IMG/VR virus record: IMGVR_UViG_3300025086_000013
Location: 1 to 64,000 of that record
Direction: 5' to 3' (one strand)
Source of the DNA: a virus
Length of the DNA stretch: 64,000 nucleotides
This document shows positions 8,862-17,044 of the stretch, piece after piece. Positions within the stretch are counted from its first letter, which is position 1, and every line of letters begins with the position of its first letter. The position numbers were made by a program, and so were the translations under genes. The notes under the pieces are model-generated. The model had not been told where the DNA came from and searched no databases. It saw only the letters and a list, made by a program, of their open reading frames with translations.

Positions 8862-9613
8862 TAATTAATCTTTCTATATTCTTTATTAATTCTTTTTTGT
8901 ATTCTTTTTGTTTTTCCAGATTTACCCTTTCCTTTTTTAGCATCTTTTTCTTTACTAGCTCTTCTTTTATTAGATAATTTAGTGAGTTTTTTATTCCAGT
9001 TATGGCTTGGTGTATTAACTTCCCTCTTTATATCTGACATGTTATCTCCCTTTCTTTCCCCTTCTGTTTTTTTCTCCCCTGGAGTTTGCTCTCTTCCTGG
9101 TTCACCACCACTTTGATATTTTTTTGCACCACCATCGTTATACATTCCAGGTACTTTCATTCCTTTATGATTAACTGTTTGTGGACCACCAAATTGATAT
9201 TTATTAGATTTATTTGTATTTGGATTAGATCTATTCTTAGTACCAGGATTGTCACCAAAATTTGTTTTATAATCTGATTTATTTGAATCAATCTTATCAG
9301 GAAATACAGCATTAGTTAAACCAGTCAGATCAGAAATTTCTTTTGCAGCAAGTGCAGGAAGAATCCACTTACCCATTCTTTTAATACCGCCCCAAGCTGA
9401 ACTACCTAATTTACTAGCAGCGTCTCTGTTTGTAATTTCATTCTTTTTATTTTTAGAACCTGTTGGTCTACCTCTTTTTTTACCACTAGTAGGATTTTGA
9501 TTACCTGATTTACCAGCATTAGGTTTGCCACCACCTTTACCACCTTTGCCACCTTTACCACCTTTTTTACCTTTGGGGCCACCAGCTTTCATTTTGTATA
9601 GTTCTTTTGCCAT
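8861..9613 (-). CDS. Basic Lys/Gly-rich protein with QxGG motifs (putative virion core/DNA-binding protein)
   Basis: GGK repeats, AT-hook-like KKRGRP, motifs MKAGG, YQFGG, VPGMYNDGG, YQSGG; C-terminus homologous to part of 12232..13047. Confidence 0.75.
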   Translation of the reverse strand: MAKELYKMKAGGPKGKKGGKGGKGGKGGGKPNAGKSGNQNPTSGKKRGRPTGSKNKKNEITNRDAASKLGSSAWGGIKRMGKWILPALAAKEISDLTGLTNAVFPDKIDSNKSDYKTNFGDNPGTKNRSNPNTNKSNKYQFGGPQTVNHKGMKVPGMYNDGGAKKYQSGGEPGREQTPGEKKTEGERKGDNMSDIKREVNTPSHNWNKKLTKLSNKRRASKEKDAKKGKGKSGKTKRIQKRINKEYRKIN

Positions 9614-9615
9614 GA

Positions 9616-10011
9616 TTATTTCTTTTTAAATTTTTCTACGGATCTACCACCAAAGTAGGCTCCTATTACTGTTATTAATACTAATTGTAAAAGATCTGTC
9701 CATTTCTCTTCTACTTCAAATTTAATTGTACCAGCATCAATAAATATTAATAACATAGTACATACTATTAAAAAAATAAGAACCATAGGTCTTACATTTT
9801 TACTTAACCAACTATCAGAATTCATGTCTGCCGTCCAACGGTCAGTTATGTTTTTTTCCATTTGAGCCTCATGACTCAATATAAGTTCTTTTAGCTTTCT
9901 TTTAGCTTCTAGTTTTTCATCTTTTGTTGTTACTAGGTTGTCTATGACCCCACCTACTGATTCTACCAAGTTGCTTCCTGCACTTGAAAAAATCTTTCCT
10001 AGTATTCCCAT
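9616..10011 (-). CDS. Holin, 3-TM (GTA-holin/DUF3154-like)
   Basis: 'RWTADMNSDSWLSKNVRP' + TM + 'VIGAYFGGRS.EK' signature. Confidence 0.85.
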   Translation of the reverse strand: MGILGKIFSSAGSNLVESVGGVIDNLVTTKDEKLEAKRKLKELILSHEAQMEKNITDRWTADMNSDSWLSKNVRPMVLIFLIVCTMLLIFIDAGTIKFEVEEKWTDLLQLVLITVIGAYFGGRSVEKFKKK

Positions 10012-10028
10012 ACTTTTTGTTTTTTAGT

Positions 10029-10463
10029 TTATAAAATCCCGTTGGGCCCACATGCCCCTCCTCTTTTTAATTCACCTCTTGATAAATCAGTTGTTCCATC
10101 TTCATATTCAACCGTGTGTTTTCCCGGTATATCTTGTTTAGCATTAGGTGAATCATAATTAGGAAACTCACCTGAATTTATTCTATTTAACATTTCCTCT
10201 CTAAGAGCAGGATTAGTAATTTGATTTGCTCTATTAGTATTTACATTAGTTAAACTATCTGTAGCTTCATTATATTTTTTAGTTAAATCAATATATCTTG
10301 TCATTCTTTCTTTAGATGAAGTAGGATTATGAATAACAGGAAATCTTTGATCTATGCTACCTTTAGATTGTATTTGTGCATTTTCAATTTCTTCTTTAAG
10401 TTTGGCATCATTATTACCACCTTCTTGAAATCTTTTTTTCATTTGTTTATAAAAACCGTCCAT
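10029..10463 (-). CDS. Hypothetical protein with N-terminal FQEGG and C-terminal GGACGPNGIL tail
   Basis: Shares its terminal decapeptide pattern with 11386..12213 and 12232..13047. Confidence 0.75.
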   Translation of the reverse strand: MDGFYKQMKKRFQEGGNNDAKLKEEIENAQIQSKGSIDQRFPVIHNPTSSKERMTRYIDLTKKYNEATDSLTNVNTNRANQITNPALREEMLNRINSGEFPNYDSPNAKQDIPGKHTVEYEDGTTDLSRGELKRGGACGPNGIL

Positions 10464-10464
10464 A

Positions 10465-11211
10465 TTAATTTACTTTATATTTAACTTTACCATGTTCTAT
10501 GTAAACACCTTTAGGTCTACGTATAACTTGTCCGTTAAGATTATATAATGTATTATCTTGAAGAGATTTTTCTATTATTTCTTCTATACCACTATTACAT
10601 GGCATACCTGTATCACAATCTATATATTCAGTAAAAATAATTTCTTCATATTCTATTTCTATAATAGTGTCAGTAACAACTAAAGTGTCTGTAATAAAAA
10701 CATCTACATATTCTGTTATGTATTCAATTACATCAATAAATAATGTATCAGTTTCAATAACTTCTACGTACTCTATAACCGGTACAAATACAGTGTCAGC
10801 ATCTGAATATACTGTTACAGTATCTATTAAATAAACATACTCTGTAATAAAATTATCTACAAAAACAGTATCAAGAATAAAATTATCTACAAATATTGTG
10901 TCTGTAACAAATACATCTATATATTCTATTACATCAACATAAACTGTATCACATAATACCTCTATTGCACATTCTGCAACTGTAGTTGCAACAACATCAT
11001 CTCCTTCATCAGAAGCGTCTACACAGTCTACATAATCATCATTAATCCATGATGCTTGAACACAACCATCTGGAGAATATACAGTCCAATTTTCTGGATC
11101 ATCTCCACAATAAAAACCACCTGCTATAGCACAATCTAAACAATTGTTGCTTTCCTGTGAATAGAGTCCTAGACTCATTATCACAAATAAAAACGTAAAT
11201 AACTTTTTCAT
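10465..11211 (-). CDS. Secreted acidic protein: signal peptide, LDL-receptor class A-like module, DT-x repeats, Por/T9SS-like C-terminal tail
   Basis: MKKLFTFLFVIMSLGLYS|Q signal; C-x5-F-x-C...C-V-x3-W-x-x-D-x3-DC-x-D-x-SDE; repeated DT(V/I/L)(Y/F/V)(V/I); 'YNLNGQ...KGVYIEHGK'. Confidence 0.7.
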   Translation of the reverse strand: MKKLFTFLFVIMSLGLYSQESNNCLDCAIAGGFYCGDDPENWTVYSPDGCVQASWINDDYVDCVDASDEGDDVVATTVAECAIEVLCDTVYVDVIEYIDVFVTDTIFVDNFILDTVFVDNFITEYVYLIDTVTVYSDADTVFVPVIEYVEVIETDTLFIDVIEYITEYVDVFITDTLVVTDTIIEIEYEEIIFTEYIDCDTGMPCNSGIEEIIEKSLQDNTLYNLNGQVIRRPKGVYIEHGKVKYKVN

Positions 11212-11213
11212 AT

Positions 11214-11384
11214 CTATTCTATTATTATTACTTTAATTGTATCAGCTTTAATTGTATCTTCATTACAGCAAGATTCTTCAATAATAGGTTTGGCAACATA
11301 ATCAGGATTATATTTATCTCCAGGATTAAATATTCCGCATCCTACAACAATCAATACCCATAAAACTGCTAATTCTCTCATCAT
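11214..11384 (-). CDS. Small putative lipoprotein
   Basis: Likely start MMRELAVLWVLIVVG|C (lipobox-like) directly after the upstream stop at 11386. Confidence 0.6.
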   Translation of the reverse strand: MMRELAVLWVLIVVGCGIFNPGDKYNPDYVAKPIIEESCCNEDTIKADTIKVIIIE

Positions 11385-11385
11385 A

Positions 11386-12213
11386 TTATAAAATTCCATG
11401 TGGTCCCACTGCACCACCACTTTTGTATTTTTTAGAACCTCCGTACTTTTTAATTGTACCTTTTTCTTTTTTCTTTAAAAAAATATCTGCTTGAGTTATT
11501 TGACCGTCTTTATTCATATCAGGAAAACCTCCTCCTTTTTTATACATTTTTTTAGAACCTCCATATTTTTTTGTATGAAAATCAGCCATTTTATCCATTT
11601 GTGGATCAGATGACATTCCATCACTTGGGCCAGCAACCGCATTTTTAATACCTGCTCCTATATTTCTAACGCCTTTGGCACTTTCATCTGCCCAAACACC
11701 TGCTGCTCTAGCTGGAAAACTTCCTTTCATAGCAGATCCAACACCTTCATTTCTAAGTCTACTCATAAAACCTCCTCCTGGTCCTTCAAAACCACTTTGA
11801 GCTTTACGCATTCCTGGAACTTTCATACCTTTTTCAGTATAAATAGGTCCTCCATCTTGTTTTTTATTACCATCTTTCCAATCAGATACTGAATACTTCT
11901 TTTGTCTAATTGGATCTGTTTCTTGTCTATGGTACTTTTTCTGTGGTTCTCTTTTAGAATTAGGATTTAAACCATACTGGTCATTTCTCATTTTAATAGC
12001 ACCCCTAGTTTGATTTCTAACCTGACTACCAGTTCTAGATGTTCCATCAAACCTCATATTTTTAACTCTTGATTCTAATCGCTTTTCCTCAAATGACTTA
12101 TGTTTTTTCTTATTTTTTGGTTTAGATTTACCAAAAATTCTTTTCAAAAGAGATCCACCCTTAGATCCACCTCTTTGATACTTAATTCCAGCTTTTTTCA
12201 TATTTGCAGGCAT
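11386..12213 (-). CDS. Basic protein with QxGG motifs, DxNxDG loop and GGAVGPHGIL tail
   Basis: YQRGG, KQDGG, KVPGM, AQSGFE, duplicated KKYGGSKK, FPDMNKDGQITQAD. Confidence 0.8.
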   Translation of the reverse strand: MPANMKKAGIKYQRGGSKGGSLLKRIFGKSKPKNKKKHKSFEEKRLESRVKNMRFDGTSRTGSQVRNQTRGAIKMRNDQYGLNPNSKREPQKKYHRQETDPIRQKKYSVSDWKDGNKKQDGGPIYTEKGMKVPGMRKAQSGFEGPGGGFMSRLRNEGVGSAMKGSFPARAAGVWADESAKGVRNIGAGIKNAVAGPSDGMSSDPQMDKMADFHTKKYGGSKKMYKKGGGFPDMNKDGQITQADIFLKKKEKGTIKKYGGSKKYKSGGAVGPHGIL

Positions 12214-12231
12214 AACTTTACTTTTTTAAAT

Positions 12232-13047
12232 TTATAATATTCCGTGTGGTCCTTTTGCTCCACCATGTTTAAAATTAAACATGCTTTTAAGACCCCTTGC
12301 AGCTCCACGAGCAGCATTCCCAATTTGATTACCCGCCCACATTCCTGTGTTCTTAGCATAATCTCCTGGTCCATCAAAAGATGCAGGATCAACATATTTT
12401 TTACCATATTCAAAACCCTTTTGAGCTCTTGGTGTAGTTTCAGCCACTTGATCTTTAGGATTTATTTTGTAATACTCCTTATTAATTCTTTTCTGAACTC
12501 TAGACGTATCTTTACCCTTTTCTTTTCTTTTTGTTCTTTTTTTGGTTAACCTATTAAGTTTCTCATTCCAATTAGGTTTATCTTTTTCTATAGCATCCGT
12601 TGTTCTATCAAACGTAAATTTGTTGATATCATCATTTGTTTGATTTTGACCACCATCTTGCATCATACCAGGAACTCTCGTTCCTTTTGCATTATAGACA
12701 GGACCACCAGCTTGCATATGTTTACCTTTTTTATCCTTGAGGTTTCCTTTTATTTCCCAGTTAATATTACTTTCAGGTTTCTTTTTATCCCAAACATTTT
12801 TATATGGATTAGATTTTCTTTTCCACATTTCATTCATATTACTTATATCACTTTTATAATTAGGATTATATTGTTTACCACCTTCTCTTACTTGTCTATT
12901 TACTCTTTTTTCCATGTACTTATCAAGAAGATCTTTATCTTTCTTAGTAAGTCCTCCCGGCTTTCCTTTAGCTTTAGAAAGCTTAAAACCTCTTTTTCCT
13001 TTTGCTCCTCCTTTTTGATACTTATTATTTACGTTTCTTACAGTCAT
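12232..13047 (-). CDS. Basic protein with QxGG motifs and GGAKGPHGIL tail
   Basis: YQKGG, MQAGG, RVPGMMQDGG, AQKGFE, FKHGG. Confidence 0.8.
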   Translation of the reverse strand: MTVRNVNNKYQKGGAKGKRGFKLSKAKGKPGGLTKKDKDLLDKYMEKRVNRQVREGGKQYNPNYKSDISNMNEMWKRKSNPYKNVWDKKKPESNINWEIKGNLKDKKGKHMQAGGPVYNAKGTRVPGMMQDGGQNQTNDDINKFTFDRTTDAIEKDKPNWNEKLNRLTKKRTKRKEKGKDTSRVQKRINKEYYKINPKDQVAETTPRAQKGFEYGKKYVDPASFDGPGDYAKNTGMWAGNQIGNAARGAARGLKSMFNFKHGGAKGPHGIL

Positions 13048-13059
13048 AACTTTTAACTT

Positions 13060-13389
13060 TTAATCTCCAAATGGTACATCTTCATTTAAATCTGAAGGTT
13101 CATCTTTACAAACATGATCATGACTTCCGTCACAACTATTATCTTCATTAGATGTAGTACCACAGACACAGTCTTTAGGAAGGTACTTATCATATATACC
13201 TTCCTTAACTGTTTTTACAAACAAAGCAAATTGATCTTTGGTGAACTCAGTGTAACCTTCGTCATCACCTCCAACAATAACTTTGTCTGAGTCTTTGGAA
13301 ATGTCAATTGCAGGACAGCTTTTACAGCTTGCACAAAAAGTCATCTGAGCTCTTTGATCAGTGACCATAACATTTTTAAGTCCTTTCAT
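13060..13389 (-). CDS. Small metal-binding protein with CDGSH-type Fe-S motif
   Basis: 'CVCGTTSNEDNSCDGSH' plus N-terminal CASCKSCP. Confidence 0.7.
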   Translation of the reverse strand: MKGLKNVMVTDQRAQMTFCASCKSCPAIDISKDSDKVIVGGDDEGYTEFTKDQFALFVKTVKEGIYDKYLPKDCVCGTTSNEDNSCDGSHDHVCKDEPSDLNEDVPFGD

Positions 13390-13538
13390 TATATTTCAAA
13401 TCCAAAGTTTAATACTATAAACCTAAAGCTTTTCTTCGGGTTCCAATTTAATTCAAATAGGGTTATTACCCCAAATCTTAATGTGAAGTCTACAATATTC
13501 TTTTTGTTACCTTCACGCCAACTGTTTATCCAGTTCAT
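13389..13538 (-). CDS. Small hypothetical protein (49 aa, MNWINSWREGNKKNIVDF...GFEI), not in ORF track
   Basis: Fills the gap, TAATG overlap with next gene, preceded by the GTATATTAT motif. Confidence 0.7.
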   Translation of the reverse strand: MNWINSWREGNKKNIVDFTLRFGVITLFELNWNPKKSFRFIVLNFGFEI

Positions 13539-13559
13539 ATATTACGGTTTTGGTTATAC

Positions 13560-13576
13560 TATAATATACAAAAAAA
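13560..13576 (-). promoter_or_regulatory. Candidate phage-specific promoter TTTTTTTGTATATTATA
   Basis: Motif recurs intergenically at 17949-17965, 19273-19291 and 54288-54301 on the same strand. Confidence 0.6.
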
Positions 13577-14674
13577 TTATCTAAATTGATAATTTAGACC
13601 AATATTAAATGTGTTTAGATTTCTGTCCCAATATTTCAACCATTCACTTTCAAGAAATATACCAAATGATTTATTTAATCTAACTCCAGCTATAACACCT
13701 ATGTTATAATCAAACCATTGTCCATCATTAAAAGATTCATAGCTAAAATTATCATCCCCTTGGACGTGCCAATGATATGGCAATAAAGAAGCCCAGCTAT
13801 GTAGCCAGTATTTAGGAGAATAATGATAGAAGTCTAGGCCTGCTATTACTGAAACAGTTCCCATATCTCCTATTTTATTAAACTCACGTTTATTAAAATC
13901 TCTAACTATATTTTCATAAACATGTGTTCTAAAGTCTAAATCAGAGTCTGCAACTCTGTTACCGTCTGGCCCAGTCCAGAAAAAATTCATTTGATCAACT
14001 TGAAAATCACCATCTAGATCCATAGAGTAGGCGTGGTCTGCATAACCATAGTCATAAGCTAGGTCCCACCAAAAATTATTTTCTAAATATTCCTCTATTG
14101 GATTAAATCCATATGGTCTATGTGTACGGTATGCTGTTCCTAAAGAAAGGTTCAGTCTAGCACCAACCTTAAGTCTACCTCTTAGTTCTGCTTGTGTATA
14201 TTTAAGATCTATTAAACCGTTTTGTTGATGTTCAACTCTAGCAAGCCAATTGTCACCTAAGTATCTAACAAAGTATCGTTGATTATTGTAGTTTCTTAAC
14301 TGTTGTTGACCTTCATCGTATTGTAATAAAAACTCAAAACCGTTAACTGCACCTATATTAGAAGATAGAGATACATTGTTTTCAGATCCATCGTAGAATT
14401 GTGTTACTTTTTTCTCATAAGAAAATCTGGCAATTTTTCGTATGCCAAATGTAAATCTATAATCAGGGGTAGCTTCAGGAGTAATGTTTAATACCTCACC
14501 ATCTTGTCGTACAAAGTATCTAGATTCTGGAACAAGAGATGTTCCACCTGAAAAACTAGTATAGATAGTAGAGTATTTAAATACCTTATCAAAAGTTTGT
14601 TCAATTACTGATTGCGCTTGTATTGCACAGGAGTACAATACAAACACAATTAACATTTGTAAAAACTTATTCAT
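13577..14674 (-). CDS. Putative outer-membrane beta-barrel protein
   Basis: Sec signal (…CAIQA|Q), alternating amphipathic aromatic strands, C-terminal 'FNIGLNYQFR' beta-signal-like end. Confidence 0.65.
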   Translation of the reverse strand: MNKFLQMLIVFVLYSCAIQAQSVIEQTFDKVFKYSTIYTSFSGGTSLVPESRYFVRQDGEVLNITPEATPDYRFTFGIRKIARFSYEKKVTQFYDGSENNVSLSSNIGAVNGFEFLLQYDEGQQQLRNYNNQRYFVRYLGDNWLARVEHQQNGLIDLKYTQAELRGRLKVGARLNLSLGTAYRTHRPYGFNPIEEYLENNFWWDLAYDYGYADHAYSMDLDGDFQVDQMNFFWTGPDGNRVADSDLDFRTHVYENIVRDFNKREFNKIGDMGTVSVIAGLDFYHYSPKYWLHSWASLLPYHWHVQGDDNFSYESFNDGQWFDYNIGVIAGVRLNKSFGIFLESEWLKYWDRNLNTFNIGLNYQFR

Positions 14675-14691
14675 CGTAATAAGTATTTTTA

Positions 14692-15063
14692 TTAATACTT
14701 ATCTAATGTCCATGTTCCGTATTCTACTTTTACAGTTCCACTGCTAGCAGTACCTTTTACAGCTCTAGAATCATGAACACAGAAAAAACTCATTTCTCCT
14801 GGTCCAACTTTTAAAGTATTATTACTATCAAACGTTATATCTAACCAAGATGACGCATCTGTATTTTTTATATACATATACATCCCATCACCAGCTCCTG
14901 AACCAGAAGGTGCAGTTGCTATTGTAGTAATAGTTGAAATAGATAATGTACCAGTTTGAATAGCAGGATTCTTTATATGTGCTATTTTAGATGAAGTAAA
15001 ATTTACTCTATCTTTTGCTACACCAGAAGTTGCTAATTGCATTACGGTTGTTAAAGTTGCCAT
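14692..15063 (-). CDS. 'MATLT' paralog 4, putative beta-sandwich virion decoration protein
   Basis: Shares MATLT start, YxYIKNTD, GE-x-x-F and VEYG pattern with 15833-17042 genes. Confidence 0.7.
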   Translation of the reverse strand: MATLTTVMQLATSGVAKDRVNFTSSKIAHIKNPAIQTGTLSISTITTIATAPSGSGAGDGMYMYIKNTDASSWLDITFDSNNTLKVGPGEMSFFCVHDSRAVKGTASSGTVKVEYGTWTLDKY

Positions 15064-15083
15064 ATCTTAAATTTATTTATTAA

Positions 15084-15182
15084 TTAACACTTGTCTTTCT
15101 TACAGCATGATTCCTCACACCACTTTAAACATATATAGTTGAAAGTAACTATACATAATAATTTACATAAAATTTTTTTCAT
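15084..15182 (-). CDS. 32-aa cysteine-rich peptide (MKKILCKLLCIVTFNYICLKWCEESCCKKDKC), not in ORF track
   Basis: Starts 1 nt after the upstream stop, fills the gap; 7 Cys. Confidence 0.6.
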   Translation of the reverse strand: MKKILCKLLCIVTFNYICLKWCEESCCKKDKC

Positions 15183-15183
15183 A

Positions 15184-15549
15184 TTAAAATTTATCTAACA
15201 TTAATTCGTTTATCTCTTTTTGTACTTTTTTAGGAGTTGACTCTGGACAAAGACTAAAAGATATGTCACCTTCAAATCTTTCTATTTCTTCTCCATCATT
15301 AAATACTATAATAGTAGGTAATACAGTTATCTTATTTTTTTTAGCCGCATTAGTATTAAGATCTATTCTATATACCTCTGCTTCTTCTAAATTTTCTAAC
15401 CAAGTACACTCATTTTTAGAATTCCAATCAGCCCAAAACTCTACAACAGTTACACCAACTTGACTATTGTTAAATGTTTTGTCTGTTAAAACTGTTTGAG
15501 CATCTATAGTTGCACCTATCATTAAAAATATTGTTATTAAATATTTCAT
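15184..15549 (-). CDS. Exported thioredoxin-fold protein lacking the CxxC motif
   Basis: Signal peptide; 'VVEFWADWN' where Trx has FWAxWCxxC; 'ITVLPTIIVFNDGEEIERFEG' cis-Pro region. Confidence 0.8.
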   Translation of the reverse strand: MKYLITIFLMIGATIDAQTVLTDKTFNNSQVGVTVVEFWADWNSKNECTWLENLEEAEVYRIDLNTNAAKKNKITVLPTIIVFNDGEEIERFEGDISFSLCPESTPKKVQKEINELMLDKF

Positions 15550-15830
15550 TTAATGTCATCTATTTTATCCTCTATCCTTATAAGTCTATCTTCCAATTTC
15601 TTTACATTTTCTTCAGTATTCTTTATAGAGAGTCTAATATTTTCATCCTTCATCTGAAATTCCATTCTTGTTACTTCAGGATCAGGAGGTGCAGGTAATT
15701 CTTTAGCTTCTGCTATATCAGCTTGTAGCATAAACCACATGCTAATAACAGTGGTCATTGCAAAACCTATACCTACTAAAGTTTTTATACTTACTTTAAA
15801 GCCTGTATCTTCATTTAACTCTTTTGCCAT
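15546..15830 (-). CDS. Single-TM coiled-coil membrane protein
   Basis: Likely start MAKELNEDTGFK at 15830, just after the upstream stop; TM then heptad-rich C-terminus. Confidence 0.7.
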   Translation of the reverse strand: MAKELNEDTGFKVSIKTLVGIGFAMTTVISMWFMLQADIAEAKELPAPPDPEVTRMEFQMKDENIRLSIKNTEENVKKLEDRLIRIEDKIDDIK

Positions 15831-15832
15831 AA

Positions 15833-16207
15833 CTATGCTGCTGAGAATACACCAACCTCCAATATAGGAGCTCCACTTGCTGAAAATGCTAATACATCTA
15901 CTAAGGTTGTCCAAGGAAACATAGCCCATTCTCCACCTTGTAATATTATTTCTCCACCTACTGCTGCAGATAATTGAATTGTTATTACAATACCACCTTT
16001 AGCTTCTCTATTTCTTAAATAAACAATTGTACCTGTTGCATATTCATCAGCTTCAAGAATTTTTTCTCCTGCTGCTGAATTAGTATCTATAGATCTACTA
16101 GTTACACCTCCAGATACTGCAGTATATGTAAAACTTTTATCTATTGAAATAGGATCAGAAGTTATTCCTGAAACATCTGCTTTTAATTGTGCTGTTAATG
16201 TTGCCAT
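15833..16207 (-). CDS. 'MATLT' paralog 3, putative virion decoration protein
   Basis: MATLTAQ..GGVTS..GTIVYLRN..GEWAMFPW..LEVGVFS. Confidence 0.75.
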   Translation of the reverse strand: MATLTAQLKADVSGITSDPISIDKSFTYTAVSGGVTSRSIDTNSAAGEKILEADEYATGTIVYLRNREAKGGIVITIQLSAAVGGEIILQGGEWAMFPWTTLVDVLAFSASGAPILEVGVFSAA

Positions 16208-16232
16208 ATTATTATTTTTATTTTATTAATTA

Positions 16233-16610
16233 TTATGATCCAGAAAATACTCCTACTTCTAATGTAGCAGCACTATCTACTAGAGCATGATATACTTTTA
16301 TATCTGTAGCAGCCTTCCAAGGAAATACTGTCCATGTTAAAGGAGCTAAGCTTATATGTGTTGTACCAGCTGTTAACTCTACTTGAATTGTTTCAGTTGA
16401 ACTCATATTTCTTAGATATATTACAGTTCCTTCAGAATAATAAGTTGCCTCTACAATTGTTAAAGCACTACCTGTTGCTCTTGCTGAAGTTAGTGTTTTG
16501 CTTGTAATACCCCCTGCAATAACAGTAGGAGACATTGTTATATCTAATGCAATAGCATCAGCTACTATATCTGATACTGTTAATTTAGTTTGCGCGGTTA
16601 AAGTTGCCAT
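16233..16610 (-). CDS. 'MATLT' paralog 2, putative virion decoration protein
   Basis: MATLTAQ..GGITS..GTVIYLRN..WTVFPW..LEVGVFS. Confidence 0.75.
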   Translation of the reverse strand: MATLTAQTKLTVSDIVADAIALDITMSPTVIAGGITSKTLTSARATGSALTIVEATYYSEGTVIYLRNMSSTETIQVELTAGTTHISLAPLTWTVFPWKAATDIKVYHALVDSAATLEVGVFSGS

Positions 16611-16628
16611 ATCTTATTATTTTATTTA

Positions 16629-17042
16629 TTATTCAAAAATTAACATCCATTCTACTAATGTAGTAGCAGATGAACATTCTACGTTTATATCTGATGCACC
16701 TGACCATGGAATCCATGCCCATTCATTATTATGTAAAAGACCTATTTTACTTTCTGCTCCTATTGTACCAAGAGAAACTGCTACTGTACTAGCTGACGCT
16801 CCAGCTGCATCTGTATTTTTAATATATAATTTACTAGCTTTATTATCTGTATAAGCAGCATTACCTAAAAGTAATGTTACAGTTGAGGCTGCAAAACTTT
16901 TTCTAGCTAGACCGGTAGTTTTGGTCATACCATCTGTAGTTCCTGCATCATATAAAGTTGTTGTCTCATCTATAGCTATTGCAGAACTTGTTAAACTATC
17001 TGCTGCGCTAGTTATCTTTAATTGTGCTGTTGTTACTGCCAT
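16629..17042 (-). CDS. 'MATLT' paralog 1, putative virion decoration protein
   Basis: MAVTTAQL..LYIKNTD..EWAWIPW..VEWMLIF. Confidence 0.75.
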   Translation of the reverse strand: MAVTTAQLKITSAADSLTSSAIAIDETTTLYDAGTTDGMTKTTGLARKSFAASTVTLLLGNAAYTDNKASKLYIKNTDAAGASASTVAVSLGTIGAESKIGLLHNNEWAWIPWSGASDINVECSSATTLVEWMLIFE

Positions 17043-17044
17043 AT

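Noticed and set aside
9528-9572. 9-bp tandem repeat as a regulatory or CRISPR-like repeat
   Set aside because: It simply encodes GGK repeats of the basic protein.
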